64,000 nt of DNA, from contig CAVZSQ010000019.1 of NCBI GenBank assembly GCA_963777955.1, positions 64,001-128,000 on the forward strand, given 5' to 3'. Under the pieces are notes generated by a model that did not search any database, was not told the origin of the DNA, and saw nothing but the letters and a program-made list of their open reading frames with translations. The number at the start of each line of letters is the position of its first letter. The first letter of the stretch is position 1. The position numbers and the translations under genes were made by a program. This document shows, piece after piece, positions 19,409 to 29,414 of the stretch. This stretch comes from Calditrichia bacterium (GTDB lineage Bacteria; Calditrichota; Calditrichia; JAJRVZ01).

Positions 19409-21596
19409 ATGACAAAGAATTTTTGCTCGCCTAAAAACTTCATCCTGATCCCGATCTTCATACTGACCAGTCTTACTGCTCTTGCAGCACAGGAAAAAGG
19501 CAGTATATCCGGTACAATACATGATCAAAAGAGCGGTAAACCTGTAGAAAATGTATCCATTTACCTGCAGCCTGTTTCGTATGGCGTTGAGACCGGTATG
19601 GATGGACGTTACAATCTCTCCGGTATTCCGGCCGGAACTTACCGGATTGTGATCAGCCGCATTGGCTACCAGTCCATCACCGGCCAGATGATCACTATCC
19701 ATGACGGTGATACAATTGAACTCAACTTTGATTTACAGCCAAAAATATTATCAGACATCGGGGGAATAGTCATTACCGCCACCCGCAGTCCATCCTTAAG
19801 CAACACCATTCCGGCATCAGTGGATCTGCTGGACCGGGTGAAACTCGAGCATCAAAATCCACAGAATCTGGCTGAAGTGCTGAATAATATTCCCGGACTT
19901 GCAAATTAAAGATTACGGAGGACTGGGCGGTATTAAATCCGTCTCCCTGCGTGGATCTAATGCCGAACAGGTCCTGGTCCTTCTGGATGGGCAACGGCTT
20001 AACAATCCCCAGAACGGCCAGGTCGATTTCAGCACACTATCTGCTGCCGGTCTGGACCGGATTGAGATAGTCCATGGCGGTAATTCCGCTTTGTACGGTG
20101 CCGATGCCGTCGGTGGTGTGATCAATCTGATTACACGCCAAGACAGTGAAAAACCCGGAATGAGTGGATCATTCAGTACTATGCTGGGTTCGTTTAATTC
20201 CCGGTCGAATGAAGGTTTACTGCAATATCAACGCAATAAATTTTATGCAGCGCTTACCTATCATGATTTACACAGTAGCGGTGATTATAGTTATGCGGAT
20301 CTGAGCGGGCAGCAGCAAAAGCGGGATAATAATGATCTATTTTCACAGGATCTGTTTGCCCGCATTAAATTCGATTTCGGGAACCTGTGGTACCAGCAAA
20401 AATTAAACCTCTCCTATAAATTTTACTATACAGAACGAGGCAGTCCCGGTCCACTCTCATTTCCCAGCCAGACCTCCAGATTGTATAATCGGACCGATCA
20501 GATCAATGCCCTGTATTCCCGCAAAATTTTCAATCCATTGACCGAATTGCAATTACAGGGGTATGCCCACTTTGGCTGGAACCGTTACAGCAGCGATGAT
20601 TACTCGCTGCCTGACGAGAATAGATCCCATAACGGCAGCTATGGTCTGGAAGCGCAAATAAAAACTATTCCATCTGCTGCCCAGCAGAGGATATTCGGCC
20701 TGGGCACACGATACGACTGGCTGACCGGCAGTGATTTTTTGACAGATCACCGGCGGATTTTATACTATCTTTTTATTCAGGATGAGATAGAATACAGTTT
20801 TAAGCGGCCGTCAGCAATTAAATCTGTACTGATAATACCGGCATTACGATTCGATTCTTACTCGGACTTCGGATCGCATTTCTCTCCTAAAATCGGCACT
20901 GTTTTTAATTTCGGAACAACCTGGAATATTGCTATCAAAGGAAACGCCGGATTTATATACCGTGCTCCGATTTTTAACGAACTATACTGGCCGGAAGACG
21001 ACTGGTCAAAAGGTAATCCGGAACTTAAACCGGAAAGTGGTTATGATTGGGATATGGGCTTACGGTTACGTCCATCATTACCGGTAGAATCGGTTTTGGA
21101 TATAACCTATTTTCAGATCCGCATGAATGACCTGATCGCCTGGCAATTCCAGGATCAAAAGTATGCGCCGCAGAATATCGACCGGACCCTTTCCAGAGGC
21201 ATTGAACTTAACACCGAATTGCAGCCGGTCAAAGATGTCATTGCTGTCAATTATAATTATACCTACCTGTCGGCAATAAACATGAAAACAGACAAAACAC
21301 TGAATTACCGTCCCCGTCATACCGGTAATGTATCACTGCTCTTTTCCTGGGGCGGCGCTAAATTAGAATTACAATCTCAATCGGTAAGTCACAGGTATAC
21401 GGATGCGGCAAATACTCAAAAATTAGATCCCTATACTATATATAATATTATTTTTTCGGCGCATCGTATTATGGGACCTGTTGAGCCTAAGTTATCCCTG
21501 CAGATTAATAATCTTCAAGACAGGCAATACCAGATTATTCAGGATTACCCTCTGCCCGGGCGGGAAGTGCGGGTGAATTTGGGAGTGGCGTTTTAA
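19409..21596 (+). CDS. btuB: TonB-dependent receptor, probable vitamin B12 importer; +1 frameshift at ~19900
   Basis: N-terminal carboxypeptidase-regulatory-like domain, plug 'SLRGSNAEQVLVLLDG...RIEIVHGGNSALYGADAVGGVINLIT', 'GNPELKPE', C-terminal 'YPLPGREVRVNLGVAF'. The riboswitch supports B12 as substrate. Confidence 0.85.
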
Positions 21597-21615
21597 AGTG
21601 GTTGAGCATACACTA

Positions 21616-22673
21616 TCAGCGGATTTCTCTCCTTCTTAATTCTTTTACAGCACTGATCATAGCCAGATATGTATCCGGTGGTACGTAGTCGGGAATCGAA
21701 TTTCCGGAACCCAGTCCGAATCCTTTTGATTTCAACCGGTATTCCCTGCCCTTTTCCAGAACTAGTTTATAAACCGTATCGGTATCATACAGGCACAGGT
21801 CATTCATATCGATTCCGCCAAAAAGTCCGATACAGCCGTTATACAATTCAATCCATTTATCGAACGGGGCAATGATGTCTTCATTAGAATGTTTTGCGTC
21901 GATGCCCAGAGCGATCAGATCATCCATCACGCTGAAGATATTGCCACAACTGTGCAGCAGGAATTTCTTGCCGGCTTTATGGACCAGGTCAATGATGCGC
22001 TTGTATTGGGGGAATACATGCCGACGGTAAGTTGCCGGCGACAGCAGTGTGGATACTTTGTAACCCAGATCGTCACCCATGCGGAAGAAAACGAATATAT
22101 CCTGATAACGTTCAATTACCCACTCCACAACTCTTCATAAAGGTCGCCGATACGCCGATACAGATCGGTAAATAATTGCGGATCTTCAAATTGCATGAGG
22201 CACAGGGATTCAAAACCGACCAGATCTTCGCTGGCTTCAAAGATTCCATAACCGCAGCCACCATAAGCTTTCATACCCGCCGGTAAAGCAGTGCGGATGG
22301 CCTCAAAATGGGGAGCATGTGTCTGGCGGAATATTGCCGGGATATCTTTGAACGGATATTTCTCAAAATCTTCGCGTGATTGTATTGGCCCTTTGCCGCC
22401 CCTGATCGCACCATGTCCCGGAAAACAATCGCAGACCGAAGCTTCATAGGCAAAAGCATCATAGGTCATGCTGCGCCAGAAATTGATAATTTTAGCATAA
22501 TAATCGCGGTAATCTGCTTCAGTCGTTCCGCTGAGGTCAAAAGATTGGTTGGTAATTTTAGACATCACCTGCGGATCGATACTATGTTCATATAAAGGCA
22601 GTCGCGGAGGTTTATTATTGTACAAAACCTTTAGGATGTTAGAATAATCGGGAATGAATTCAGAATTTATCAT
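21616..22673 (-). CDS. Uroporphyrinogen decarboxylase/MtaA-CmuA superfamily protein; frameshift at ~22125
   Basis: ORFs 22116-22736 and 21616-22128 join at LYEELW/EWVIE. Motifs 'GDDLGYK..TLLSP', 'LLHSCGN', 'FGGIDM', 'LGSGNSIPDYVP'. Confidence 0.85.
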
Positions 22674-23100
22674 TATAAAGTTACCGATAAAAAAATAGTA
22701 CAGTATGGCCTGCTGTTCTATAAATACTAAAATCAAAAAAATATTTGTACCTTTTATCTAATTGCATTATTTTCTGACTGTGCATGACGAATTCTTGTTA
22801 TTTGCACGACAGACGATCAATTAATATCTTGTGGTCATTTTTTTAGTTAAAATATATATCTCTGTACAATAATTATTGGTGTTACTGTTTTGATCAATAA
22901 TCTGCGGAATAGTAGTAAAGATCTATTCCCGGGTAAGAGTGAATATAATTTTACATATTTGTGCAAACCCTGAATACTATGCATAATAAATATAATAAAA
23001 TTTAAGTATAAAATATTTTTTAAAATATCATTACAGTATAATAGCCGACCACTCTTGAAATTTTATTTTTGTGAATCTTAACCGTATGGAGGAACGGAAA

Positions 23101-23487
23101 ATGTATCGAAACAGTTACAGTATTAAAGCAATCTCGCTTTTATTAATCATTATTCTGGTATCGATGCCAATGGTGCTGATTGCTCAGGATCAGGCTGAAA
23201 CTTTTAGCCAGGGTAAAATGGATGGTGAACGTGACACCAGAGGTAATGCGGTCTGGATTCTGGCTGGTATCGGATGTGGTATATTCGGTGTAGGTGCAGC
23301 CTACTTTATTAAACCCAGCGTTCCGGCTCAGGTACTGGTAGGGAAGTCTTCGGATTATGTACTGGGCTATACCGAAGGCTATCAGAATAAAGCGCGCAAT
23401 AAAAATGCGGGATATGCATGCGCCGGCTGGGCACTCTTCGTGGCTGTTTATCTCGCCGCCGGTGGATTTAATACCAGTTCCAACTAA
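23101..23487 (+). CDS. Small exported/membrane protein with Gly-rich TM hairpin
   Basis: GGAGG RBS, signal peptide, and two hydrophobic helices flanking 'PSVP..VL...S.DYVLGYTEGY'. Confidence 0.75.
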   Translation: MYRNSYSIKAISLLLIIILVSMPMVLIAQDQAETFSQGKMDGERDTRGNAVWILAGIGCGIFGVGAAYFIKPSVPAQVLVGKSSDYVLGYTEGYQNKARNKNAGYACAGWALFVAVYLAAGGFNTSSN

Positions 23488-23650
23488 CTCGAATGAGCCG
23501 AGGTACATTATTAAGAGAGCATAAGCGCATTGAATATTGGACTGTTTTGCGGGAGGTGTTGCTTACTTACTTTATTCTATTACGGCAGATTCAACTTCAC
23601 CGCTAAAATTATGATAATTGGTGCAGTTTAAAGCAGGATGAGAAAATAAA

Positions 23651-24349
23651 ATGAGAGTTTCCACTTTGTGTAAAAACTTTTTACGCTGGTTTTATATGAT
23701 AAATCTGATTAATTCGATTATCGTTTTGCCCTGCTGTACGGCTCAGGTGAAACAATCTGGTAGTAACCTATCCTCTCACTCGCCAATATATTTTGGAGCT
23801 AAAATTGGTACGGCAATTGCGGACGGCGATATTCAAAATACCTGGAAAACTGTATTCGGTGGTTCGGCCCTGGCTGGTTACCAATTGAGTCTAAAACTGG
23901 CCTTTGAAGGTGAATTTAATATATACCCGCTTCTACCGAAATCGGATAATAATAAAATTATTGATCCAGGGTCAGGCGCTGAAATAGAACTGTATGAATT
24001 CGGCAGTTACTTCGGTCTGTTGATGTCATTAAAATATTCACTTTATCCTGTCGCGGTTCACGATATCTCTCCTTTTATTTCCGGCGGTGCAGGTTTTGAA
24101 TTTATCAGATGGGATCTCACCGACGAAGTCAGAGGCATGACCGATATGGCCAGTAGTGACGGAATTTACGCCACGGCATTTACCGCATCGATAGGTGCAG
24201 ATATCCAGGTGCAGGAGAACCTCTTCACTTTTGTAAATTTTCGTTACGTTTATCATCTCTGGTCGGATGAGTTGATTGAATCAAAGCATAAAATCAATTT
24301 CAATGGCAATGTATTTATTTTAACCTTTGGCGGAGCATTTTATTTATAA
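23651..24349 (+). CDS. Outer-membrane beta-barrel (OmpA/OmpW-like, 8-stranded)
   Basis: Alternating beta-strand pattern, 'SPFISGGAGF', C-terminal 'FGGAFYL'. Confidence 0.75.
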   Translation: MRVSTLCKNFLRWFYMINLINSIIVLPCCTAQVKQSGSNLSSHSPIYFGAKIGTAIADGDIQNTWKTVFGGSALAGYQLSLKLAFEGEFNIYPLLPKSDNNKIIDPGSGAEIELYEFGSYFGLLMSLKYSLYPVAVHDISPFISGGAGFEFIRWDLTDEVRGMTDMASSDGIYATAFTASIGADIQVQENLFTFVNFRYVYHLWSDELIESKHKINFNGNVFILTFGGAFYL

Positions 24350-24381
24350 GCGTCAGCAATCTGATTTTTAGCAGTCAATTT

Positions 24382-25077
24382 ATGCGCCTAGCCATACTTA
24401 TTACAATAATAGCCCTATCATTTTCTAACGTTCAGAGCCAGGTCTATAAAACACTCGAAGTGGAATTTACCCGAATTTTCAAGGATAATAAATCAGAGAA
24501 TGTCGTCAAGGGCTATCTTTATTATGATGGATTTAAATACATTTCGATTACCACAGAGCCACTCAAACAATGGATGATATTCAATAATAATGAACTTCTG
24601 ATTTATTATCCTGATGAAAAAAAGGCAATAAATATCAAAAGTGAATATCCGGTCAACTTACCCTTTTTTCAGACGTTTATCGGTTTAAATGATGATAACT
24701 TCGGATTGGCCAAACTGGGTTACACCATCAGCAAGAATGAAATGCAAGGAGATAGTTTATTCGTGCACTGGCAACCGCCGCAAAATGCTCAAAAAGTTCT
24801 GGGCGAGTTTATTTTGATCTTAAAAAGTAACCGCATCGTACGTATTGATTCAAAATCCCCCCGGGGAAATCTTATAGGTCAAACCTGTTACGGAAATTAT
24901 CTGAAGCATGGTAAGCGGTCTTTTCCCTTGGAAATCAAATCAATCCTTTATGCAGATGACAACATTACCACCGAATCAATTATCTATAATAATCCGGTTT
25001 TCGATGTTGTACTGCCTGCGGAGATTTCACAGTTCACTCTACCTGCCGGCACCGCTGTAAAGGAAGTGGAATGGTAA
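24382..25077 (+). CDS. LolA-like periplasmic carrier protein
   Basis: Signal peptide; 'VEFTR...KGYLYY...TEPLKQWMIFNNNELLIYYPDEKKA' and C-terminal 'FTLPAGTAVKE' follow the LolA pattern. Confidence 0.7.
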   Translation: MRLAILITIIALSFSNVQSQVYKTLEVEFTRIFKDNKSENVVKGYLYYDGFKYISITTEPLKQWMIFNNNELLIYYPDEKKAINIKSEYPVNLPFFQTFIGLNDDNFGLAKLGYTISKNEMQGDSLFVHWQPPQNAQKVLGEFILILKSNRIVRIDSKSPRGNLIGQTCYGNYLKHGKRSFPLEIKSILYADDNITTESIIYNNPVFDVVLPAEISQFTLPAGTAVKEVEW

Positions 25078-25526
25078 TTGGTTCGTTTTATAAAAAATAT
25101 TCGCTAGCCGCCATTTTCGTTTTTGTACTGTGCTCGAACTCTTTTGCCCAGAACAAGGAAGATCTTCATTTCATTATAACTCATAATTTACTGACCAGGT
25201 CTGCTGTGCAAGAATCCCATTCTCAGGCGACAATGCAGACATCCGAAATAAAAATATTCTGCCTGGGGATGATTCGCATATATCAACTTTTTGTTTCATC
25301 GCAACAGAACAATCAATCCATCTGCACTTTTATACCAAGTTGCTCCCATTTCGGTTATCAAGCGATCAGTGAATATGGCACCTTCTGGGGTATTCTGATG
25401 ACTGCTGACCGGCTGCAGCGATGTCATGGCTTCCCGGTAAAGTATTATACTTTAAATCCGCTGACGGGAAAATTCCAAGATCCCATTTATCCTTACCATA
25501 TAAACAGGTCTTCAAGTTGCGAGTGA
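25071..25526 (+). CDS. YidD-like (membrane protein insertion efficiency factor/'Haemolytic' domain) protein with N-terminal signal peptide
   Basis: 'IRIYQLFVS...CTFIPSCSHFGYQAISEYGTFWGILMTADRLQRCHG' is the YidD three-Cys signature. Confidence 0.85.
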   Translation: MVIGSFYKKYSLAAIFVFVLCSNSFAQNKEDLHFIITHNLLTRSAVQESHSQATMQTSEIKIFCLGMIRIYQLFVSSQQNNQSICTFIPSCSHFGYQAISEYGTFWGILMTADRLQRCHGFPVKYYTLNPLTGKFQDPIYPYHINRSSSCE

Positions 25527-26407
25527 ATCTAAAATTTTCCAAGGCCATTATTCTGTCAATATTACTTGGTAATATATTTTCACTTTATGCCCAGGAAAAC
25601 TACTATACGGCACAGAATATTTACCGCTTTGCTGAATATTTATATGCCGAGGGTGATTACTTGCGTGCTGCCGGCGAATATCAACGCTATATGTTTTTCT
25701 CGGATATACCAGCAAAGGATAGTATTCTGTTCAAAATCGGTTTGTGTTATGAATTATCGAATGAGCCCGGGATAGCCAGAACCCATTTTCAAAATTTAAT
25801 CTCTACATGTGCTGGCAGTGCACTTTCGGATTCCACCTATTATCACATTGCCCTTACCTATTTTCAGTCACGCGAGTATGACCAGTCTATTGACTACATC
25901 ACCCGACACATGTCATTTATTTCATCTTTACCCGGTCGTCAGCACATGGGATTTTTAACCGGAATTAATTATCTTTATAAAAAAAAGTGGCAAAGCGCTT
26001 ACGATTACTTTTCCGTGATGCCGGCCGATTCAGTCTGCTATCTTGATACTAGCCTGTTATCACTATTGCGGGAATACTCCAAACAGGGCATCCAACTTTC
26101 CAGAAAAAGCAGAACTGCTGCAGGACTATTTTCAGCGATTATTCCCGGAACCGGGAAAATATACAGTAGGCATTTATATGACGGACTTTATTCCTTCTGT
26201 CTAATCGGTTTAGTCACCTGGCAGGCTTATGCTGGATTTCACAAGGATGGAACTCAGTCGGTGAAAGGTTGGTTTTATGGCACGGTTGGAACCATCTTTT
26301 ATCTGGGGAACATATATGGATCAATTGTTTCAGTTAAATTGTACAATGATACACTGGAAAACGATTTAATAAATCGTATTGATTTAAATTTGATTTGGAG
26401 ATATTGA
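25523..26407 (+). CDS. TPR-repeat protein with C-terminal TM2-like membrane region
   Basis: GTG start overlaps the previous TGA. Signal peptide, TPRs 'FAEYLYAEGDYLRAAGEYQRY', then 'KSRTAAGLFSAIIPGTGKIY' and TM helices. Confidence 0.8.
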   Translation: MNLKFSKAIILSILLGNIFSLYAQENYYTAQNIYRFAEYLYAEGDYLRAAGEYQRYMFFSDIPAKDSILFKIGLCYELSNEPGIARTHFQNLISTCAGSALSDSTYYHIALTYFQSREYDQSIDYITRHMSFISSLPGRQHMGFLTGINYLYKKKWQSAYDYFSVMPADSVCYLDTSLLSLLREYSKQGIQLSRKSRTAAGLFSAIIPGTGKIYSRHLYDGLYSFCLIGLVTWQAYAGFHKDGTQSVKGWFYGTVGTIFYLGNIYGSIVSVKLYNDTLENDLINRIDLNLIWRY

Positions 26408-26468
26408 TACTCACCGTATCCGGATTTCCTGACCAACAACTACTTTATATTAAATAAAACTGAAATCC

Positions 26469-27341
26469 ATGCATATCCTTAAAACCAAATTCAGCAGAAT
26501 ACTGCAGATAACTATCCTCTCCTGTTTCCCGGTTTTACAGGCCCAGGATTTATGTTTAATGACAGCCGATAAGTTTTATGAAAATCACTATTATGAGCAG
26601 GCCATAACTGAATATGAGCGATTTCTTTTTTTCAATCCCGGGGATGAACAGGCCGGAATTATTTATTATAAAATCAGCCTGGCTTTACGGAATCAGGAAC
26701 TGTGGCCGGCAGCCCTGAAGGCAATGGATAAATCTATCTTCAATACAATTCAAGACAGTATCAAAGACGACAGGACCATCGCCAAAGCCGTTATTTATAT
26801 GGTGCAATCAGATTTCAGCTCGGCTGAATTCGAGTTGTTGCGTATTGCCCATTTTTCTGACTATACCATATTAAGACAAAAAGCCTTCTATTTTCTGGGA
26901 ATATGTTATGTTTACACAGCCAGGTGGGAAAATGCCTCTGCTGCGTTCAATAATTGCTATGCGTCTTCCCCTTACATCAAATCAAAAATAAATTCTTTGC
27001 TGCAACCTATTCATAATTTAAATTATAAATCGCCGGTTTTGGCTAAATGGTTGTCAACTTTTATGCCCGGGACCGGACAAATCTACGCCGGAGATATGCG
27101 GAACGGCTTGAATGCACTGTTATTGAATTCTGTAACCGGCTATCTATTAATTTCTTCTTTATTGGAAAAACAATATCTTGATGCGCTGTTAATAAATATT
27201 ACCATCTTTGAGCGTTATTATCGCGGTAACCGTTTTAATGCCGAACATCTGGCACAAGCACATAATGACCGGATTAATAGAAATTATGCTAAGAATCTAT
27301 TAGATCAGCTAAGTAAGAAAGAAGTATTTCCAGGTTATTGA
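26469..27341 (+). CDS. Second TPR-repeat protein with TM2-like C-terminus (paralog of the previous gene)
   Basis: 'YEQAITEYERFLFF' TPRs and 'KSPVLAKWLSTFMPGTGQIYAG'. Confidence 0.8.
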   Translation: MHILKTKFSRILQITILSCFPVLQAQDLCLMTADKFYENHYYEQAITEYERFLFFNPGDEQAGIIYYKISLALRNQELWPAALKAMDKSIFNTIQDSIKDDRTIAKAVIYMVQSDFSSAEFELLRIAHFSDYTILRQKAFYFLGICYVYTARWENASAAFNNCYASSPYIKSKINSLLQPIHNLNYKSPVLAKWLSTFMPGTGQIYAGDMRNGLNALLLNSVTGYLLISSLLEKQYLDALLINITIFERYYRGNRFNAEHLAQAHNDRINRNYAKNLLDQLSKKEVFPGY

Positions 27342-27661
27342 GTACTTAAGTAATATTGAAAAGAAATAAATCGCAGCGGTTTTATTGAGAAATAAATAAT
27401 CCTGGTTGTCTATCCGGCGGGACTTACCCCGGTGCTGCAATTCGCTTTTAATTTAAGTAAAATTCCTAATCACAGCTGGGCTTTTAGCCTGGTCTGGTCA
27501 GACCATTAGCAATACCGGGCCGTGGAGAACAAATAAAAAGCTTGAAAGCAGTCAATTTATTTTACATATTGTTTGAGTAGAAAGTCGATCCTCTATTAAC
27601 GATACAGACGTAGGTAATATTCGGGTACAGATTAGGATCAAAATGAGAGAGCAGGATTATA

Positions 27662-28158
27662 ATGAGGATCTTAATCTCCGTCATATTGATAGTTATATTA
27701 ACCGGCTGCAACAATTCGACCGAGAGCGATGATTACCTTGCTGAGGGAAAAGCACGGTTAAAATTGATATTCGTTATTTTAGCGGATCAGCCGAAGTATC
27801 CAGCAAGACACTCAACGAACATCGTTACGAAATGATTAAGTTAGAGTTACCTGACAGCATCAGCATTGAAATTCTGGCTGACGACTTTCAGACAGGAAAG
27901 TTTGAATGGATTAATCGAGGCCCCGGCCCCGCAGGTGGTCCCCCCATAATTTTCATGCTGAAGTATAATTTTTTTGGCGGCACTTTATATAACCCGGTTT
28001 CCGGAGTTTTGCGTATTCAAGAAAATAATACAGTTCAGATAAGCGGAACCTTTAGTCTGAAAGTGCATGACGCCGCCGCAAGCAGTTTTAATTCCGGAAC
28101 TTTTAAAAATATTGAAGGCAAATTCAGAGCCCTGGGAGCGGAATTGCTTGCCCATTAA
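27662..28158 (+). CDS. Hypothetical lipoprotein; frameshift at ~27750
   Basis: ATG 27662 gives MRILISVILIVILTGCNN (lipobox LTGC) and joins the frame of ORF 27832-28158 near the GGGAAAAG run. Confidence 0.65.
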
Positions 28159-28225
28159 CCTTGCAATATTATTAACATAACAGTATCTGGATGTAAAACA
28201 AACCAAAATATAGAAAACTGGCTTT

Positions 28226-28639
28226 ATGAAAGTACAATTAATATTATTTCTCTTCCTGATCTTACTATCCATCTGTTCACCCGGTTGTAATATTACCTCA
28301 CCGCCGATCACTGAGCACAAGATTATCGGCAGCTGGACATGGCTGGAGTCATGCTGTGGTTTCGGCGGAGATCTGCGCACACCGGAAAATACCGGACATA
28401 ATATTGAGGTAAGATTCACTGCATCATACAATTATTACCAGTATGATAATCGCATTTTAGAAAGGGATACCTATTATAGTATTTCAGAAAAAATAATCTG
28501 GGGTGACGCAGTTGATAAAGTACTAAAGATTGACAATGATGACGAGATGATTATTCAGTTTAACTCGGCAGACACATTGCTTTTGACAGATACCTGTATC
28601 GATTGTTACCGGCATAAATATGTACGCATTAAAATGTGA
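28226..28639 (+). CDS. Lipocalin-like lipoprotein
   Basis: Signal ending SPGC, 'IIGSWTWLES..GFGG', 'DTLLL.D.CIDCY...YVR'. Confidence 0.7.
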   Translation: MKVQLILFLFLILLSICSPGCNITSPPITEHKIIGSWTWLESCCGFGGDLRTPENTGHNIEVRFTASYNYYQYDNRILERDTYYSISEKIIWGDAVDKVLKIDNDDEMIIQFNSADTLLLTDTCIDCYRHKYVRIKM

Positions 28640-28688
28640 GCTGATACCAATAGTTCGATCATTTCGATATAAATACAAAGCGGATAAG

Positions 28689-29228
28689 ATGAAGAATATT
28701 TTACATTTTATAATTGTACTTTTTCTCTTTAATCTATCGTGCAACGGATTACTGGAATCAGTCACCTCTCCCCCATTCATCCCAGCCCTACAATCCGATT
28801 CAAGCACCTTCTATTATAATTCATTTGAGGCCGATTCAGTTTTGACCGGCTGGAATGGATTATCAGTATATGATCTGTACGATGATGCCCCATTGAATGG
28901 AGGATCAAAATCAGTTTATATTTCCGGCGGTTGCCTGTATCCTCATGCCTGGTATATTTTCAGTCCCCCCGGCCGGGATATCGGTGTCTTTATAGAATTT
29001 TTTGGCAAAAATCTCGAGATTGGCGGTACTGTTGAATTGGCTGTCGGTTCGGGTTACGCCGGTGATGCACTGGAAATCGTGGTGATGGATTCCACCTGGC
29101 ATTATTATGATTCGGATACTACATTGCTGTGGCCTGCAGACAGCACCTTGACTTTGATGCTGAATTCAGGGGGATATGAACCGAGTGCCATGTTAATTGA
29201 TTGCCTCAAATTAGTTGAAATCGATTAA
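28689..29228 (+). CDS. Hypothetical lipoprotein (beta-sandwich-like)
   Basis: Start MKNILHF with lipobox NLSC, within ORF 28620-29228. Confidence 0.7.
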   Translation: MKNILHFIIVLFLFNLSCNGLLESVTSPPFIPALQSDSSTFYYNSFEADSVLTGWNGLSVYDLYDDAPLNGGSKSVYISGGCLYPHAWYIFSPPGRDIGVFIEFFGKNLEIGGTVELAVGSGYAGDALEIVVMDSTWHYYDSDTTLLWPADSTLTLMLNSGGYEPSAMLIDCLKLVEID

Positions 29229-29414
29229 TTCAGATTATACTGGTTTCTGAATGAAGTGCAAATAAAAGACAACCCGGCATTAAATATAGCTGCGGTGAAG
29301 ATCGAATTATTCAGCAGGTACTCTACGTGGCACTTGGATGGAACTTAATTATTAAGTAATATAATTTACAATTCATCCATTGTAATAATTCACTCAATTT
29401 TCTGGGAAAAAGGT

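Noticed and set aside
19275..22673. Functional link between the B12 receptor and the URO-D/MtaA-like gene
   Set aside because: The genes are convergent, not co-transcribed, and no corrinoid protein or BtuF/CD genes are adjacent; the proximity may be chance.
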